DNA of 64,000 nt from an uncultured Candidatus Peribacteria bacterium (GTDB taxonomy: Bacteria > Patescibacteriota > Gracilibacteria > UBA1369 > 2-02-FULL-48-14): NCBI GenBank assembly GCA_964356195.1, contig CAYHGP010000001.1, forward strand, positions 43,513 through 107,512, given 5' to 3'. Shown here piece by piece: positions 9,364 through 18,447 of the stretch. Within the stretch, counting starts at the first letter, position 1; every line of letters starts with the position of its first letter. The translations under genes were made by a program, and so were the position numbers. The notes beneath the pieces were generated by a model. That model worked only from the letters and a program-made list of their open reading frames with translations, did no database searches and was not told the DNA's origin.

Positions 9364-9829
9364 TGTGCACAACTTGGGCGACGGTGGACTTTAGTTATGC
9401 ACGGGGTTTGGTGCATAAGTTTTGCCTACCCCGCAGAGTTTTGCTTTCCGATTGTTGTTTTTGGGGAGGGTTAAAGCACAGCTTTGAACAGCTTTTAATC
9501 TGGTTTAACCCTTTGTACACGAGTTTTGCACATAAACCGCTGTTAATAGATTAAAGTTATGCACATTTTCGATTTTTAAGCCTGAAGGTGTTTGTCGGAA
9601 ACCCGGTAAAATGACGTGGAATCGATATGTTCGGCAATAAAACGTGGTGGTATGACAACCCCTTACTACAAATAACTACTGTATTTATATATATCTCTTA
9701 GTTTAATTTACTTTTAGAAATCATGGACATGGGGAAAGAAATTTGATTTGATGAAGGCGCACCCGAAGCCGAAGCGAAGCGTAGGCTAAGCGATAAAATG
9801 GCGGAAGCCATATCAATTAATAAAAAAAT
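9364..9829. other. Candidate chromosomal replication origin (DnaA-box-like repeats plus an AT-rich tract) and dnaN promoter region
   Basis: Five 9-mers match TTATGCACA with at most one mismatch: 9364-9372 (rev), 9395-9403, 9410-9418 (rev), 9524-9532 and 9557-9565. A 60-nt tract at 9661-9720 contains only 12 G/C by my count. The region is directly upstream of dnaN. Confidence 0.45.
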
Positions 9830-10954
9830 ATGAAATTAACTTGCAAACAAGCGGACTTAACTTCAGCGCTCAATCTTGTGAATAGAGCGGTAAGTCCTAA
9901 TAACACATTACCTGTTTTAAATAATATTTTATTGAGAGCAGAAGGGAAGAAGATTTTTTTTGGAGCAACGAATCTTGAAATTGCAATTAGCGCTTCCTTT
10001 GACGCCGAGATTGAAAACGAGGGGACTTTAACAGTTCCAGCGAAAGTTTTCAGTTCTTATGTAAGTCTTTTGGAGGACAAAGAAGTGGAACTTTCGGTTT
10101 TAAACGGAAGTACTTTGCTTATAAAATCACCCGGTTCTGAAACCAAAATGAAGGGAATTTCGAGCGAAGAATTTCCCCTTCTTCCTAAACTTGAGAACCC
10201 AGGCATATTTAAGTTTCCTGTTAAACCTGTTTTAGAGGCTTTGGATCAAGTTGTGTTTGCGGCCTCAACGAATGTTTCCAGGCCAGTTCTTACAGGTTTG
10301 TTTTGGCAGGTTAAAGGGAAGACGGTAAAGTTGGCGGCCACGGACAGTTATCGACTAGGGGAGAAACAGTTTGAACTCGCTGAAAGTTTGGATAACGATA
10401 CTTCGTTTATCGTTCCATCTAAAACAGCCCAAGAGCTTCAGAAAATCCTGGAAAATACGACTGAGAAAGAATTTGAAGTGCGCGTGGCTAAAAATCAGGT
10501 CTTATTTAAAGTGGACGGAGTGGAGTTGATCTCTCGGCTCATTGAAGGAAACTTCCCTGATTACGACAAAATTCTTCCCAAAGAAATTAAAACCCAGGCA
10601 ACTTTATCGACAGAAGCCTTTTTATTGGGCTTGAAAAAAGTATCAGTGATTGTTCGTGAGAATAGCAATAATGTTAAAATCCGCCTGGAAAAAAGCGAAG
10701 CCACCGGAGGTGGAAAAATGTTGATTTTCAGCGATGAAACTCAGGTTGGACAAGGTGCAACCGAGGTTCCTCTCGAGAATATGACCGGGGAACCTCTTGA
10801 GACCGCCTTGAACGTGCAGTATCTCTTGGACGTGCTCAGCCATCTGAAAGATTCTAAGGCGAATTTCAGCTTGAATGACGGACTTTCACCTGTTATGGTA
10901 ACGCCTGTCCAATCGAGCGGCTACCTGCACATCATCATGCCGCTCAAAATTTAG
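9830..10954 (+). CDS. dnaN: DNA polymerase III beta sliding clamp
   Basis: 374 aa. N-terminus MKLTCKQADLTSALNLVNRAVSPNNTLPVLNNILL; ATDSYRL; the C-terminus MPLKI is typical of beta clamps. Confidence 0.93.
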   Translation: MKLTCKQADLTSALNLVNRAVSPNNTLPVLNNILLRAEGKKIFFGATNLEIAISASFDAEIENEGTLTVPAKVFSSYVSLLEDKEVELSVLNGSTLLIKSPGSETKMKGISSEEFPLLPKLENPGIFKFPVKPVLEALDQVVFAASTNVSRPVLTGLFWQVKGKTVKLAATDSYRLGEKQFELAESLDNDTSFIVPSKTAQELQKILENTTEKEFEVRVAKNQVLFKVDGVELISRLIEGNFPDYDKILPKEIKTQATLSTEAFLLGLKKVSVIVRENSNNVKIRLEKSEATGGGKMLIFSDETQVGQGATEVPLENMTGEPLETALNVQYLLDVLSHLKDSKANFSLNDGLSPVMVTPVQSSGYLHIIMPLKI

Positions 10955-10976
10955 ATCTCATTTTTCGAATTCGACT

Positions 10977-13900
10977 GTGAAAGAATGTAAACATTTGATC
11001 ACCCTTTTCCCGCACGGGCAAAATATCCAGGTGATCGAGCAATTTAGTCAGCAAGGTTACTCCTCCATTTCCGGAGGGGGAAATTACTCGTCCAAGGCAT
11101 TTTTGGTCGCGGATTTGATGCGTGAGGTGGCGGACTTGAAGCAGATTTTATGGATTTGCAGCGACCATCAGCATAAGGAAAATGTGGCGCGATCCTTGTC
11201 CCTGTGGGGAGACGTGCCCGTTCATAATTTTGAGTACGAAGAAAACGCGATGAGGGACCGTGGAATTGAAAGAAAAAACAAAGTTCGACTGATGGAGTTT
11301 TTCTCCAAGGTTCTTGAGAAAGAGTCCTCCCAGTTTTTCACCATCACGTATAAAGATTTGTTCCGCCCGTACCCAAGCCCCAAAGAAATCCAAAAAGGAG
11401 TTCTTCGAATGAAGGGGAAGGATGCGATTAGTCCGGTGTCTTTTTTTGAAAACCTAATTCGCATGGGTTACGAGGTTTCGATGGATGCTTATGTCGAGAA
11501 GGGGCAGTATTACCGTCAGGGAGACCTGCTCACCATTTGGCCCGTGAACAGTATGTTTCCAGTGCGCGTGGAAACGTCTTTCGATGAAATTGAGAAAATC
11601 TCCGTTTTTGACCAAGTGGAAAAAGTGGACGTGAGCGAGGTAGCCGCTTTAGTGATTTACCCCATCGCGGTTCCTGAAGACGGAGCTCCTCTCCTGAGTT
11701 TCTTTGGACGTGGCGATTTGGTTTTGGACGATGAGGTGGAATTCCCGGATGGCGAGCTGGAGCAGTTCGAGCAAGCCATGCAACAAAGAAATCCGGAAAG
11801 TCGTTACGTGGAGTTCCGGTCTTTTATGGAAGAGACCCCCTATCATCATCATCTGCATTATCTTTCCGTTCTTAAGTACTACAATCCGCTGGATTTTGTT
11901 TCTGATCTGCGTGAGAAAATGAACAACGACTGGACCGTGTTTTTGTTTACTAAGCATGCGGACGAGTACCTTGGAATTTTGGACGACAAAAATATTCCGT
12001 ACATGGAATATAAAAACGGAGGAACGCCCGGACGCAAAGGCGTGGTGATTTTTGAAATTGGAAAAGACGATGTTTTTCCGGAGGCCTTCCAGAACCCGGG
12101 GCTCAAATTTGCTGTGATTACGGACCGCAACACCAGTGGACTTGGCGAGGCGGAAAAAAGAATGCCGGAGCGTGCGAAGGTGTACACGGAGTTTTTAACC
12201 GGACTGAAGCCCAACGACTTCGTGGTGCATAGCGACCACGGAATCGGAATTTTCTTGGGCCTCGACAAGCGCACCATCGACGAAGTGACCCGCGAGTATT
12301 TGAAAATTGCTTACGCCGAAAACGACAAACTTTTTGTGCCCATTGATCAGGCGGATAAAGTTTCGAAGTTTGTTGGGTCCGGAGACCGTCCGCCAAAATT
12401 AACACGGCTCGGCAGTGCCGAGTGGACCACCATTCAAAGTCGTGTTCGGAAAGAGACTGAAAAAATTGCACAGGAGTTATTGGAACTTTATGCAGAACGC
12501 GAAAGCGCTCGTGGTTATGTTTTTGAACCGGATACTGCGCGACTTATTCAATTCGAAAAGAATTTCACTTACGAAGAAACGCCCGGCCAGCTCCGCGCTA
12601 TTTTGGATGTGAAGCGAGACATGGAAGGGAAAAAACCAATGGATCGTCTGGTGTGTGGAGACGTGGGATTTGGAAAAACCGAAGTGGCGATGCGCGCCGC
12701 ATTCAAGGCGGTTGAGGGAGGAAAGCAGGTGGCGGTTCTTACGCCCATCACGATTTTGGCGGACCAACACTACAAGACTTTTGTAAAACGCATGGAAGGT
12801 TTTGACGTGCGCATTGAAATGCTCAGCCGCTTCCGCAGCCCCGCTGAACAAAAGAAAATTTTGCGGGCGCTGGAGCGAGGGGAGATTGATATTATTATTG
12901 GAACTCACCGACTTTTGCAGGCGGATATTAAGTTCAAAGACCTCGGGCTGGTGATTATTGACGAAGAGCAACGCTTTGGAGTGAAGCAAAAAGAAAACCT
13001 AAAAACGATGCGAAAAGAAGTACATGTTTTGACCATGACGGCGACGCCTATTCCACGAACGCTGAATATTTCCTTGCATGGACTGCGCGACATTTCCACC
13101 ATCACGACGCCACCTCCCGGACGCCTTCCCATTGTTACCGAAGTGCGTCGATTTTCGCTCGGACTGATTAAGAGCGTCGTGGACAAAGAGCTCGACCGAG
13201 GAGGACAAATTTACTTTCTGCACAACCGCGTGCAAACCATCGAAGACATGGCGTCTAAGCTGCGGTCGCTACTGCCAAGGGCGCGCATTGTGGTTACGCA
13301 CGGGAAACTCCGTCCAGACGACCTGGAGGCCCGAATTTTGGCCTTCAAGAATGGGGAGTATGACGTTCTCGTGAGCTCCACGATTATTGAAAATGGAATC
13401 GATCTTCCCAATGCAAACACGCTTATTGTGAATAGCGCGGAACGCTTCGGGCTTTCGCAACTTTACCAGTTGCGCGGACGTGTTGGACGCTCACGCACGC
13501 AGGCTTACTCCTACTTTTTGTACCACATGAAACGCTTGCCGCTCGACGCCAAAAAACGTTTGAAAGCGATTGTGGAGGCCAACGAACTTGGAGCCGGATT
13601 CCAAATTGCCATGAAGGATTTGGAGATTCGTGGAGCCGGAGATATTTTGGGAGCGAACCAGTCCGGAGCCATTCAAGTGGTGGGAGTGAGCCACTTTGTG
13701 CGAATGCTGAACCAGGCCGTAGACAGCTTGAAGAAAGGAAAGAAAGTGGAGGAAGGGAACTTGATTCCGGAGGTGACGATTGAAATTCCACTCCCTGCTT
13801 ATGTGCCGGATGAATACATCGTGAGCTCCAAGGAAAAGATTTCCGTGTACCAAAAATTGGCCGCCGCCGACACTCTTGAATATTTGACCGAACTCAAAAA

Positions 13901-14243
13901 CGAACTCACGGAAGATTATGGAAAAATGCCGGAAGAAGTGGCGAATTTATTCCGCGTTCTTGAAATTAAGATGCTTGCAAAGAAGGCCGGAATTATTAAT
14001 GTGAAGGCGGAAAATGTGCACAGCACGGAGGATCGTCAAATTATTCTGCATATGTCCGGCAAGGTGCGTCCGGAAAATATTATGTCGCTGCTGGACTCCA
14101 ACTCACGATGGATTATTTCCGGCACCAAGCTGAAAATCTCCTTCAAGGATTTGGGCGTGAGCTGGGTGGAAGAGCTTAAAAAAGGCCTCGGCGCCCTCGG
14201 TAAAAAGCCTAAGAATGCCCCGGGGAGTGAGGTTGAGGTCTAG
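10977..14243 (+). CDS. mfd: Transcription-repair coupling factor
   Basis: 1088 aa. RNAP-interaction/CarD-like block (DFVVHSDHGIGIFLG), Walker A (GDVGFGKTEVAMRAA), DEEQRFGV, TATPIPRT, and a TRG-type C-terminal half. GTG start as given in the track. Confidence 0.92.
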   Translation: MKECKHLITLFPHGQNIQVIEQFSQQGYSSISGGGNYSSKAFLVADLMREVADLKQILWICSDHQHKENVARSLSLWGDVPVHNFEYEENAMRDRGIERKNKVRLMEFFSKVLEKESSQFFTITYKDLFRPYPSPKEIQKGVLRMKGKDAISPVSFFENLIRMGYEVSMDAYVEKGQYYRQGDLLTIWPVNSMFPVRVETSFDEIEKISVFDQVEKVDVSEVAALVIYPIAVPEDGAPLLSFFGRGDLVLDDEVEFPDGELEQFEQAMQQRNPESRYVEFRSFMEETPYHHHLHYLSVLKYYNPLDFVSDLREKMNNDWTVFLFTKHADEYLGILDDKNIPYMEYKNGGTPGRKGVVIFEIGKDDVFPEAFQNPGLKFAVITDRNTSGLGEAEKRMPERAKVYTEFLTGLKPNDFVVHSDHGIGIFLGLDKRTIDEVTREYLKIAYAENDKLFVPIDQADKVSKFVGSGDRPPKLTRLGSAEWTTIQSRVRKETEKIAQELLELYAERESARGYVFEPDTARLIQFEKNFTYEETPGQLRAILDVKRDMEGKKPMDRLVCGDVGFGKTEVAMRAAFKAVEGGKQVAVLTPITILADQHYKTFVKRMEGFDVRIEMLSRFRSPAEQKKILRALERGEIDIIIGTHRLLQADIKFKDLGLVIIDEEQRFGVKQKENLKTMRKEVHVLTMTATPIPRTLNISLHGLRDISTITTPPPGRLPIVTEVRRFSLGLIKSVVDKELDRGGQIYFLHNRVQTIEDMASKLRSLLPRARIVVTHGKLRPDDLEARILAFKNGEYDVLVSSTIIENGIDLPNANTLIVNSAERFGLSQLYQLRGRVGRSRTQAYSYFLYHMKRLPLDAKKRLKAIVEANELGAGFQIAMKDLEIRGAGDILGANQSGAIQVVGVSHFVRMLNQAVDSLKKGKKVEEGNLIPEVTIEIPLPAYVPDEYIVSSKEKISVYQKLAAADTLEYLTELKNELTEDYGKMPEEVANLFRVLEIKMLAKKAGIINVKAENVHSTEDRQIILHMSGKVRPENIMSLLDSNSRWIISGTKLKISFKDLGVSWVEELKKGLGALGKKPKNAPGSEVEV

Positions 14244-16021
14244 TGCCCTGAAGCTGCCGCATGAGCGCCTTCTTCGGCATGTTCTCCTCCGTGCGCTGCT
14301 TTATGTTTGACGGTGTGGTCAACGGAGTGCTCGACTGCCTCTTTCGCCACGTGGCTTGCTTCGGCCCTGGCCTTTACGGCTACGGTCTCAAGCTCCAGTC
14401 CCACGACCCTTAAAGCGGCGCTCACCTGTGTTCGGATAAGTTGGGCACTTGGGGCAACGCCCATTGCGAAGGCTTGGCCCTCTAGTCCGCGAACGAGGAG
14501 TTGCTTCAGGCCTTCGACGCCACCGGTTCTTTCTGAGATATAGGCACCCATTCTTTTGAGGAGTCCGGGGCCTTCCTTGGCCAAACCGTGCTCCACAGTG
14601 CCACCGATTGTTTTTTCAAACCCATGGACCAGCCCCGGTGTAAAGAAACACAGCATTCCTGTAAAATAAGCGGCCTCGGGGCCCCCAATTTTTTCTGCAG
14701 TGGCCACCGCTCCAGTAAATTTTCCAACTTCGATCGTAAAGTTGCCAAAGGCAAGAGCTCCTTTCTCCAGGCGGCCGGCTGTTTCAGCAGCTTTCAAGAC
14801 CTTCACGCCGGGCACGATCTTGGACAGGCGCGGGTAGGCCTCTATCAATTTTGCCACGCGAGCAGCCTGAGGGAGTTTAGCGACTGCTTGCCCAGCAACA
14901 AGCCCGGCAGCCGGAGCTGCTGCCATAACCGCCAACATGTCCAGGCGGAGAAATATGTCACCGACTTGAGTGAATTTTTGATAGGCTTTTTCGCCTGAGG
15001 TCATGGCATTCTTTTGCGCTTCGCTGGCGAACGTTGTTTCGGGGAATTCGTGAATCACCATTTGCAGGTAAGGCTCTGCTTCCTCTGCGCCAATTCGTCC
15101 ACGAAGCTCCATACCTTTTTCATAATAGTACTGAGCTTGATCCAACTCTGTGGGAGCACCACCTTGAATGACGGTACGTTCGAACAAGTGACCCTCCGGG
15201 CTTCCTCTAAACGTGGAGAAGTCCGGATTTCCACTTCTTTGCAAGCCGGCCCATGCCTCCGTCAGACTTTTTGGAGCCAGATTGTTTTTTTCACTTCCTC
15301 TCATGGCCTTAACAAGGACGAGCAAACCGCGTTCTGCCGACAGCTGAGTGGCCTGGTAGTCCGTATAAAGCTTTAGCTGCACCATCTCTTTTGTCTCCAA
15401 GCCGCCTTCCGTGAATGCTCCGCCGAGACTCGCTACGAGGTTGGAAGGTTCAATGGCATGTAAATAGCCGTCCAAGCCTTGTGACGACTCGCGCACGGTT
15501 TTAATCTTAGAATTCAGAGCGGTGTTTTCTCCTTGAATTTGCTCCAAAAAGCCGCGTACAACTTCCTGCTCAATGGCACTGGCGGTTTCCTGCTCTCTTA
15601 TAGCCGTTTGTTCCTTTAGTACCCTATCGGCGGTTGCCTCTCGCTCGAGCAAATACCCCGTGTATTCCAGGTCCGTTTTCATTGCCGTCAGATCGGCAAG
15701 AGTATCGTCGGCGAGAGCTCTTAGCATCTCCGCTTTTGAGGAGGATACGTCGGCTCGCATTTTTTCGAAACGCACTCCCATGTTGAGGAGTAGGAACTCG
15801 GGCGTGACCTTGTCTTGAGGAACCGGACCGGCCTCTTGTTTTTGAGAAAATTCTCCCGATACTTTTCCGTAAATCCCCAATGATTTGTATTTAGACACAA
15901 GTCCCCTGATTTCGGCTTCAGTGCTTGTGATTTTATCCTTGGTCTCCTTGCTCACGGTTAAGGTGCCGGCGTCTGCGGCCTCTACTAAGGCTCCAATGTT
16001 TGGACGTTCTTGGTTAGGCAT
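14240..16021 (-). CDS. Hypothetical protein (593 aa), Ala/Gly-rich hydrophobic C-terminal half with a His-rich tail
   Basis: Long ORF with an ATG at 16019-16021. No recognisable catalytic motifs. The C-terminal 29 aa contain 7 His, five of them spaced every fourth residue. Confidence 0.5.
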   Translation of the reverse strand: MPNQERPNIGALVEAADAGTLTVSKETKDKITSTEAEIRGLVSKYKSLGIYGKVSGEFSQKQEAGPVPQDKVTPEFLLLNMGVRFEKMRADVSSSKAEMLRALADDTLADLTAMKTDLEYTGYLLEREATADRVLKEQTAIREQETASAIEQEVVRGFLEQIQGENTALNSKIKTVRESSQGLDGYLHAIEPSNLVASLGGAFTEGGLETKEMVQLKLYTDYQATQLSAERGLLVLVKAMRGSEKNNLAPKSLTEAWAGLQRSGNPDFSTFRGSPEGHLFERTVIQGGAPTELDQAQYYYEKGMELRGRIGAEEAEPYLQMVIHEFPETTFASEAQKNAMTSGEKAYQKFTQVGDIFLRLDMLAVMAAAPAAGLVAGQAVAKLPQAARVAKLIEAYPRLSKIVPGVKVLKAAETAGRLEKGALAFGNFTIEVGKFTGAVATAEKIGGPEAAYFTGMLCFFTPGLVHGFEKTIGGTVEHGLAKEGPGLLKRMGAYISERTGGVEGLKQLLVRGLEGQAFAMGVAPSAQLIRTQVSAALRVVGLELETVAVKARAEASHVAKEAVEHSVDHTVKHKAAHGGEHAEEGAHAAASGH

Positions 16022-16349
16022 TTGGTATTTGGGTTAGGATGTCTTCCGGATTTTCTTTTGCATTGTCCACCGTTTCCCATTCTTTTAGGAATTGCGGCAG
16101 AACTTTGTGCTTGAAGTTTTGAAGCTCTTCCAACTGCTGTGCGTCGATTTGCGTCATACGCTCAGCACTCTCCTTCTCCATCCGTGCTCTTGAAGAGGCT
16201 TCTTGAGTAAGAACCTCTTTCAGTTTAGCCAGCTGGCCTTCGTTCAGACCTTCACTTCGATCCATCCAAAAAGTCTGCTCGGCAGGTGTCTCTTGGAGAC
16301 CGAGAGAGTTTTTGATTAAGGCCTGAACTTCTTCTAGCAGAGGGCTCAT
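16014..16349 (-). CDS. Hypothetical small charged, likely helical protein (111 aa)
   Basis: ATG at 16347-16349. Its stop overlaps the start of the 593-aa gene by 8 nt, which suggests co-translation. Glu/Lys/Gln-rich. Confidence 0.45.
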   Translation of the reverse strand: MSPLLEEVQALIKNSLGLQETPAEQTFWMDRSEGLNEGQLAKLKEVLTQEASSRARMEKESAERMTQIDAQQLEELQNFKHKVLPQFLKEWETVDNAKENPEDILTQIPNA

Positions 16350-16383
16350 GTGTTGATCGTTAATCCGGTTATTGTACCACAGA

Positions 16384-16412
16384 TTGACCTCACCTGCAAT
16401 CCATTGTATACT
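16384..16412 (+). promoter_or_regulatory. Sigma70-like promoter for ssrA
   Basis: TTGACC (16384-16389), 17-nt spacer, TATACT (16407-16412), ending 21 nt upstream of the mature tmRNA 5' end. Confidence 0.5.
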
Positions 16413-16433
16413 TGCCCGGCTCTTTGAAAACGT

Positions 16434-16872
16434 GGGGATGTACAGGCTTTGACAGAAAGTTTTAGAAGTCCGAAGCTGGCTTTCAGGTGGTTGTCTGGTC
16501 TCACCTTAATCCGTTCCAGACAAATTTAAGTGCTAATACACTTTCTAAGATTCAACAAGACGCTGCACGTCTTCGTGCAGCAGTTCCAATTGCATTCGCT
16601 CCGGCTTATGCATTTGCAGCCTAGCTGAATCTTGTATCGCCATTTAGTGCGATACCGTTCCTTAACCGACGCCTTGTGGGTTAAAAGAGCGTAATACTCG
16701 AGGCTTAGGGAAACTCCTGCTTGTGTTCCGGGAACGTACCGAAGTTTTGCACACACGGCGGCGCTGCTTTTGTCCATTTTTTATGGCGCCGGTGTAGACA
16801 AAGTGGACTATGAAAGTAGAAGGTTTCGCATTTCCTTTTTGGACGCGGGTTCGATTCCCGCCATCTCCACCA
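16434..16872 (+). ncRNA. ssrA: tmRNA (SsrA)
   Basis: The 5' GGGGATG pairs with the 3' CATCTCC-A-CCA, including the G3:U70 alanine identity pair. The 3' end has a T-arm, GCGGGTTCGATTCCCGC. An internal frame GCT AAT ... GCA TTT GCA GCC TAG (16532-16624) ends in YAFAA-stop. The resume-codon context TAA-GT-GCT mirrors the E. coli TAG-TC-GCA. Confidence 0.9.
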
Positions 16873-16907
16873 GCCTCGTCGTAGACGAGCTGTTTTCGAC
16901 GAACGTC

Positions 16908-17210
16908 TTACTTCTTCATCTCTCGTTTCACTACAAAGTAGTAAATAATGGCGCCTATAATTCCGGTGAAGACCATGAGAATGACCCACATGGCTTTGTC
17001 TTTGATGTCGTGAGTGGCGGCGTGGACAATCATCATGATCCAGAAAACCACGCTGGCAAGGGCCAAGGCCATCATCAAAAGCATAACGGGGAGAAAAGGC
17101 TGAGCGGCGTTCCAGAGTTCATCACAAGGAATTTCTTCGCCGTTTAAGGTACAGCCGGAGTCGGCGAGGGCCAGGGGAATAAAGGGATTCATGGTGCGGA
17201 GGTTAATCAA
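16908..17210 (-). CDS. Small membrane protein, PLDc_N-like (PLD nuclease N-terminal domain family)
   Basis: Two TM segments. The C-terminal block WVILMVFTGIIGAIIYYFVVKR resembles the W-x-P-x-x-G-x-x-x-Y motif of PLDc_N small proteins. Confidence 0.45.
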   Translation of the reverse strand: MINLRTMNPFIPLALADSGCTLNGEEIPCDELWNAAQPFLPVMLLMMALALASVVFWIMMIVHAATHDIKDKAMWVILMVFTGIIGAIIYYFVVKREMKK

Positions 17211-17295
17211 ACTTAGAACTGAGTAGACCCTACTCCAAAGGCACTGTTTGCTTCAAGAGCCGCTTGGCTTTAAACTGGTGACCTAAATCAATCCT

Positions 17296-18447
17296 ATGTT
17301 TCGATTTTTTACTTCCGGAGAATCTCACGGACCTCAGCTCACGGCCTTCATTGAAGGGCTGCCTGCGGGTTTGACGATTGATTTGGAGGAGATTCAGAGC
17401 GAAATGAAAAGGCGAAAGATTGGTTCCGGGAGCGGGGCGCGGCAAAGTATGGAGACGGATGAAGTGGAAATTGTTTCGGGAGTGAGGCAAGGGAAAACTT
17501 TGGGATCGCCGATTACTTTGGTGATTAAAAATAAGGACTTTGCGAATTGGACGGAAGTGATGAGCGTGACGGCGAAGGAGGTGGACCCGGAGCTTAAAAA
17601 AGTACGAAGCCCACGACCGGGACACGCGGATTTGGCCGGGGCTTTGAAGTACGGGTTTACGGATTTGAGAAACGTGCTTGAGCGAGCCTCGGCTCGGGAG
17701 ACCACGGCACGCGTTGCGGCGGGAGCGGTTTTTAAGCAATTTTTAAAGGCACTTGGGATTGAAGTGGCGAGCTACACGCTGCAAATTGGGCCTGTGAAAG
17801 GCGAGAAGGCGAGTGATTTTGAGGAGGTGAAAAAGGCGGAAGTGGAGAATCCAAGTACACGAGCTCTCGATTCGAAGTCGGGGGAAGCCATGGAAGCATT
17901 GATTGTGGAAACGCGAAAAAACCAAGACACTGTGGGTGGCGTGATTGAAGTGTGGTCCGTGGGACTTCCCGTTGGGCTCGGCAGTTACGTGCAGTGGGAT
18001 CGGAAAATGGACGGGCAACTTGCACAGGCGCTTATGAGCATCCCTTCTGTGAAAGCGGTGGAAATTGGGGAAGGGATTGAGGCGGCAGGGCTGAATGGAT
18101 CCAAGGTTCATGACCCCATTGCTTATGATGGCGGTTTTGAGAGGGGCGGTAATAATGCCGGAGGTTTGGAGGGTGGCGTTACGAATGGCGAACCCCTTGT
18201 GGTACGCGTTTACCATAAACCGATTGCAACCCTTTACAACCCTCTTCCGAGTGTGGATTTTGAAACTAAAGAAGTGGCGCCTGCGAGCATTGAGCGCTCT
18301 GACATTTGTGTGATTCCCCGCGCGGGAGTGATTGCCGAGTCTATGGTTGCTTCCGTCCTCGTGAAAAACATCCTCGAAAAGTTTGGGGGAGATTGTATGG
18401 AGGATTTGCAGCAAAATCTCGCAAGCTACAAGGCTAGGCTTTCCTGA
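17296..18447 (+). CDS. aroC: Chorismate synthase
   Basis: MFRFFTSGESHGP N-terminus, RPGHADL, ERASARETTARVAAG. TGA stop. Confidence 0.95.
   Translation: MFRFFTSGESHGPQLTAFIEGLPAGLTIDLEEIQSEMKRRKIGSGSGARQSMETDEVEIVSGVRQGKTLGSPITLVIKNKDFANWTEVMSVTAKEVDPELKKVRSPRPGHADLAGALKYGFTDLRNVLERASARETTARVAAGAVFKQFLKALGIEVASYTLQIGPVKGEKASDFEEVKKAEVENPSTRALDSKSGEAMEALIVETRKNQDTVGGVIEVWSVGLPVGLGSYVQWDRKMDGQLAQALMSIPSVKAVEIGEGIEAAGLNGSKVHDPIAYDGGFERGGNNAGGLEGGVTNGEPLVVRVYHKPIATLYNPLPSVDFETKEVAPASIERSDICVIPRAGVIAESMVASVLVKNILEKFGGDCMEDLQQNLASYKARLS

Noticed and set aside
9363-9554. 63-aa ORFs inside the rnj-dnaN gap (9203-9394, 9363-9554).
   Set aside because: No RBS-like context or motifs. The region is better explained by repeated 9-mer boxes and an AT-rich tract.
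16526-17147. ORFs 16526-16777 (-), 16705-16989 (-) and 16770-17147 (+).
   Set aside because: They overlap the tmRNA gene or the opposite strand of the small membrane-protein gene. The tmRNA structure explains the region.
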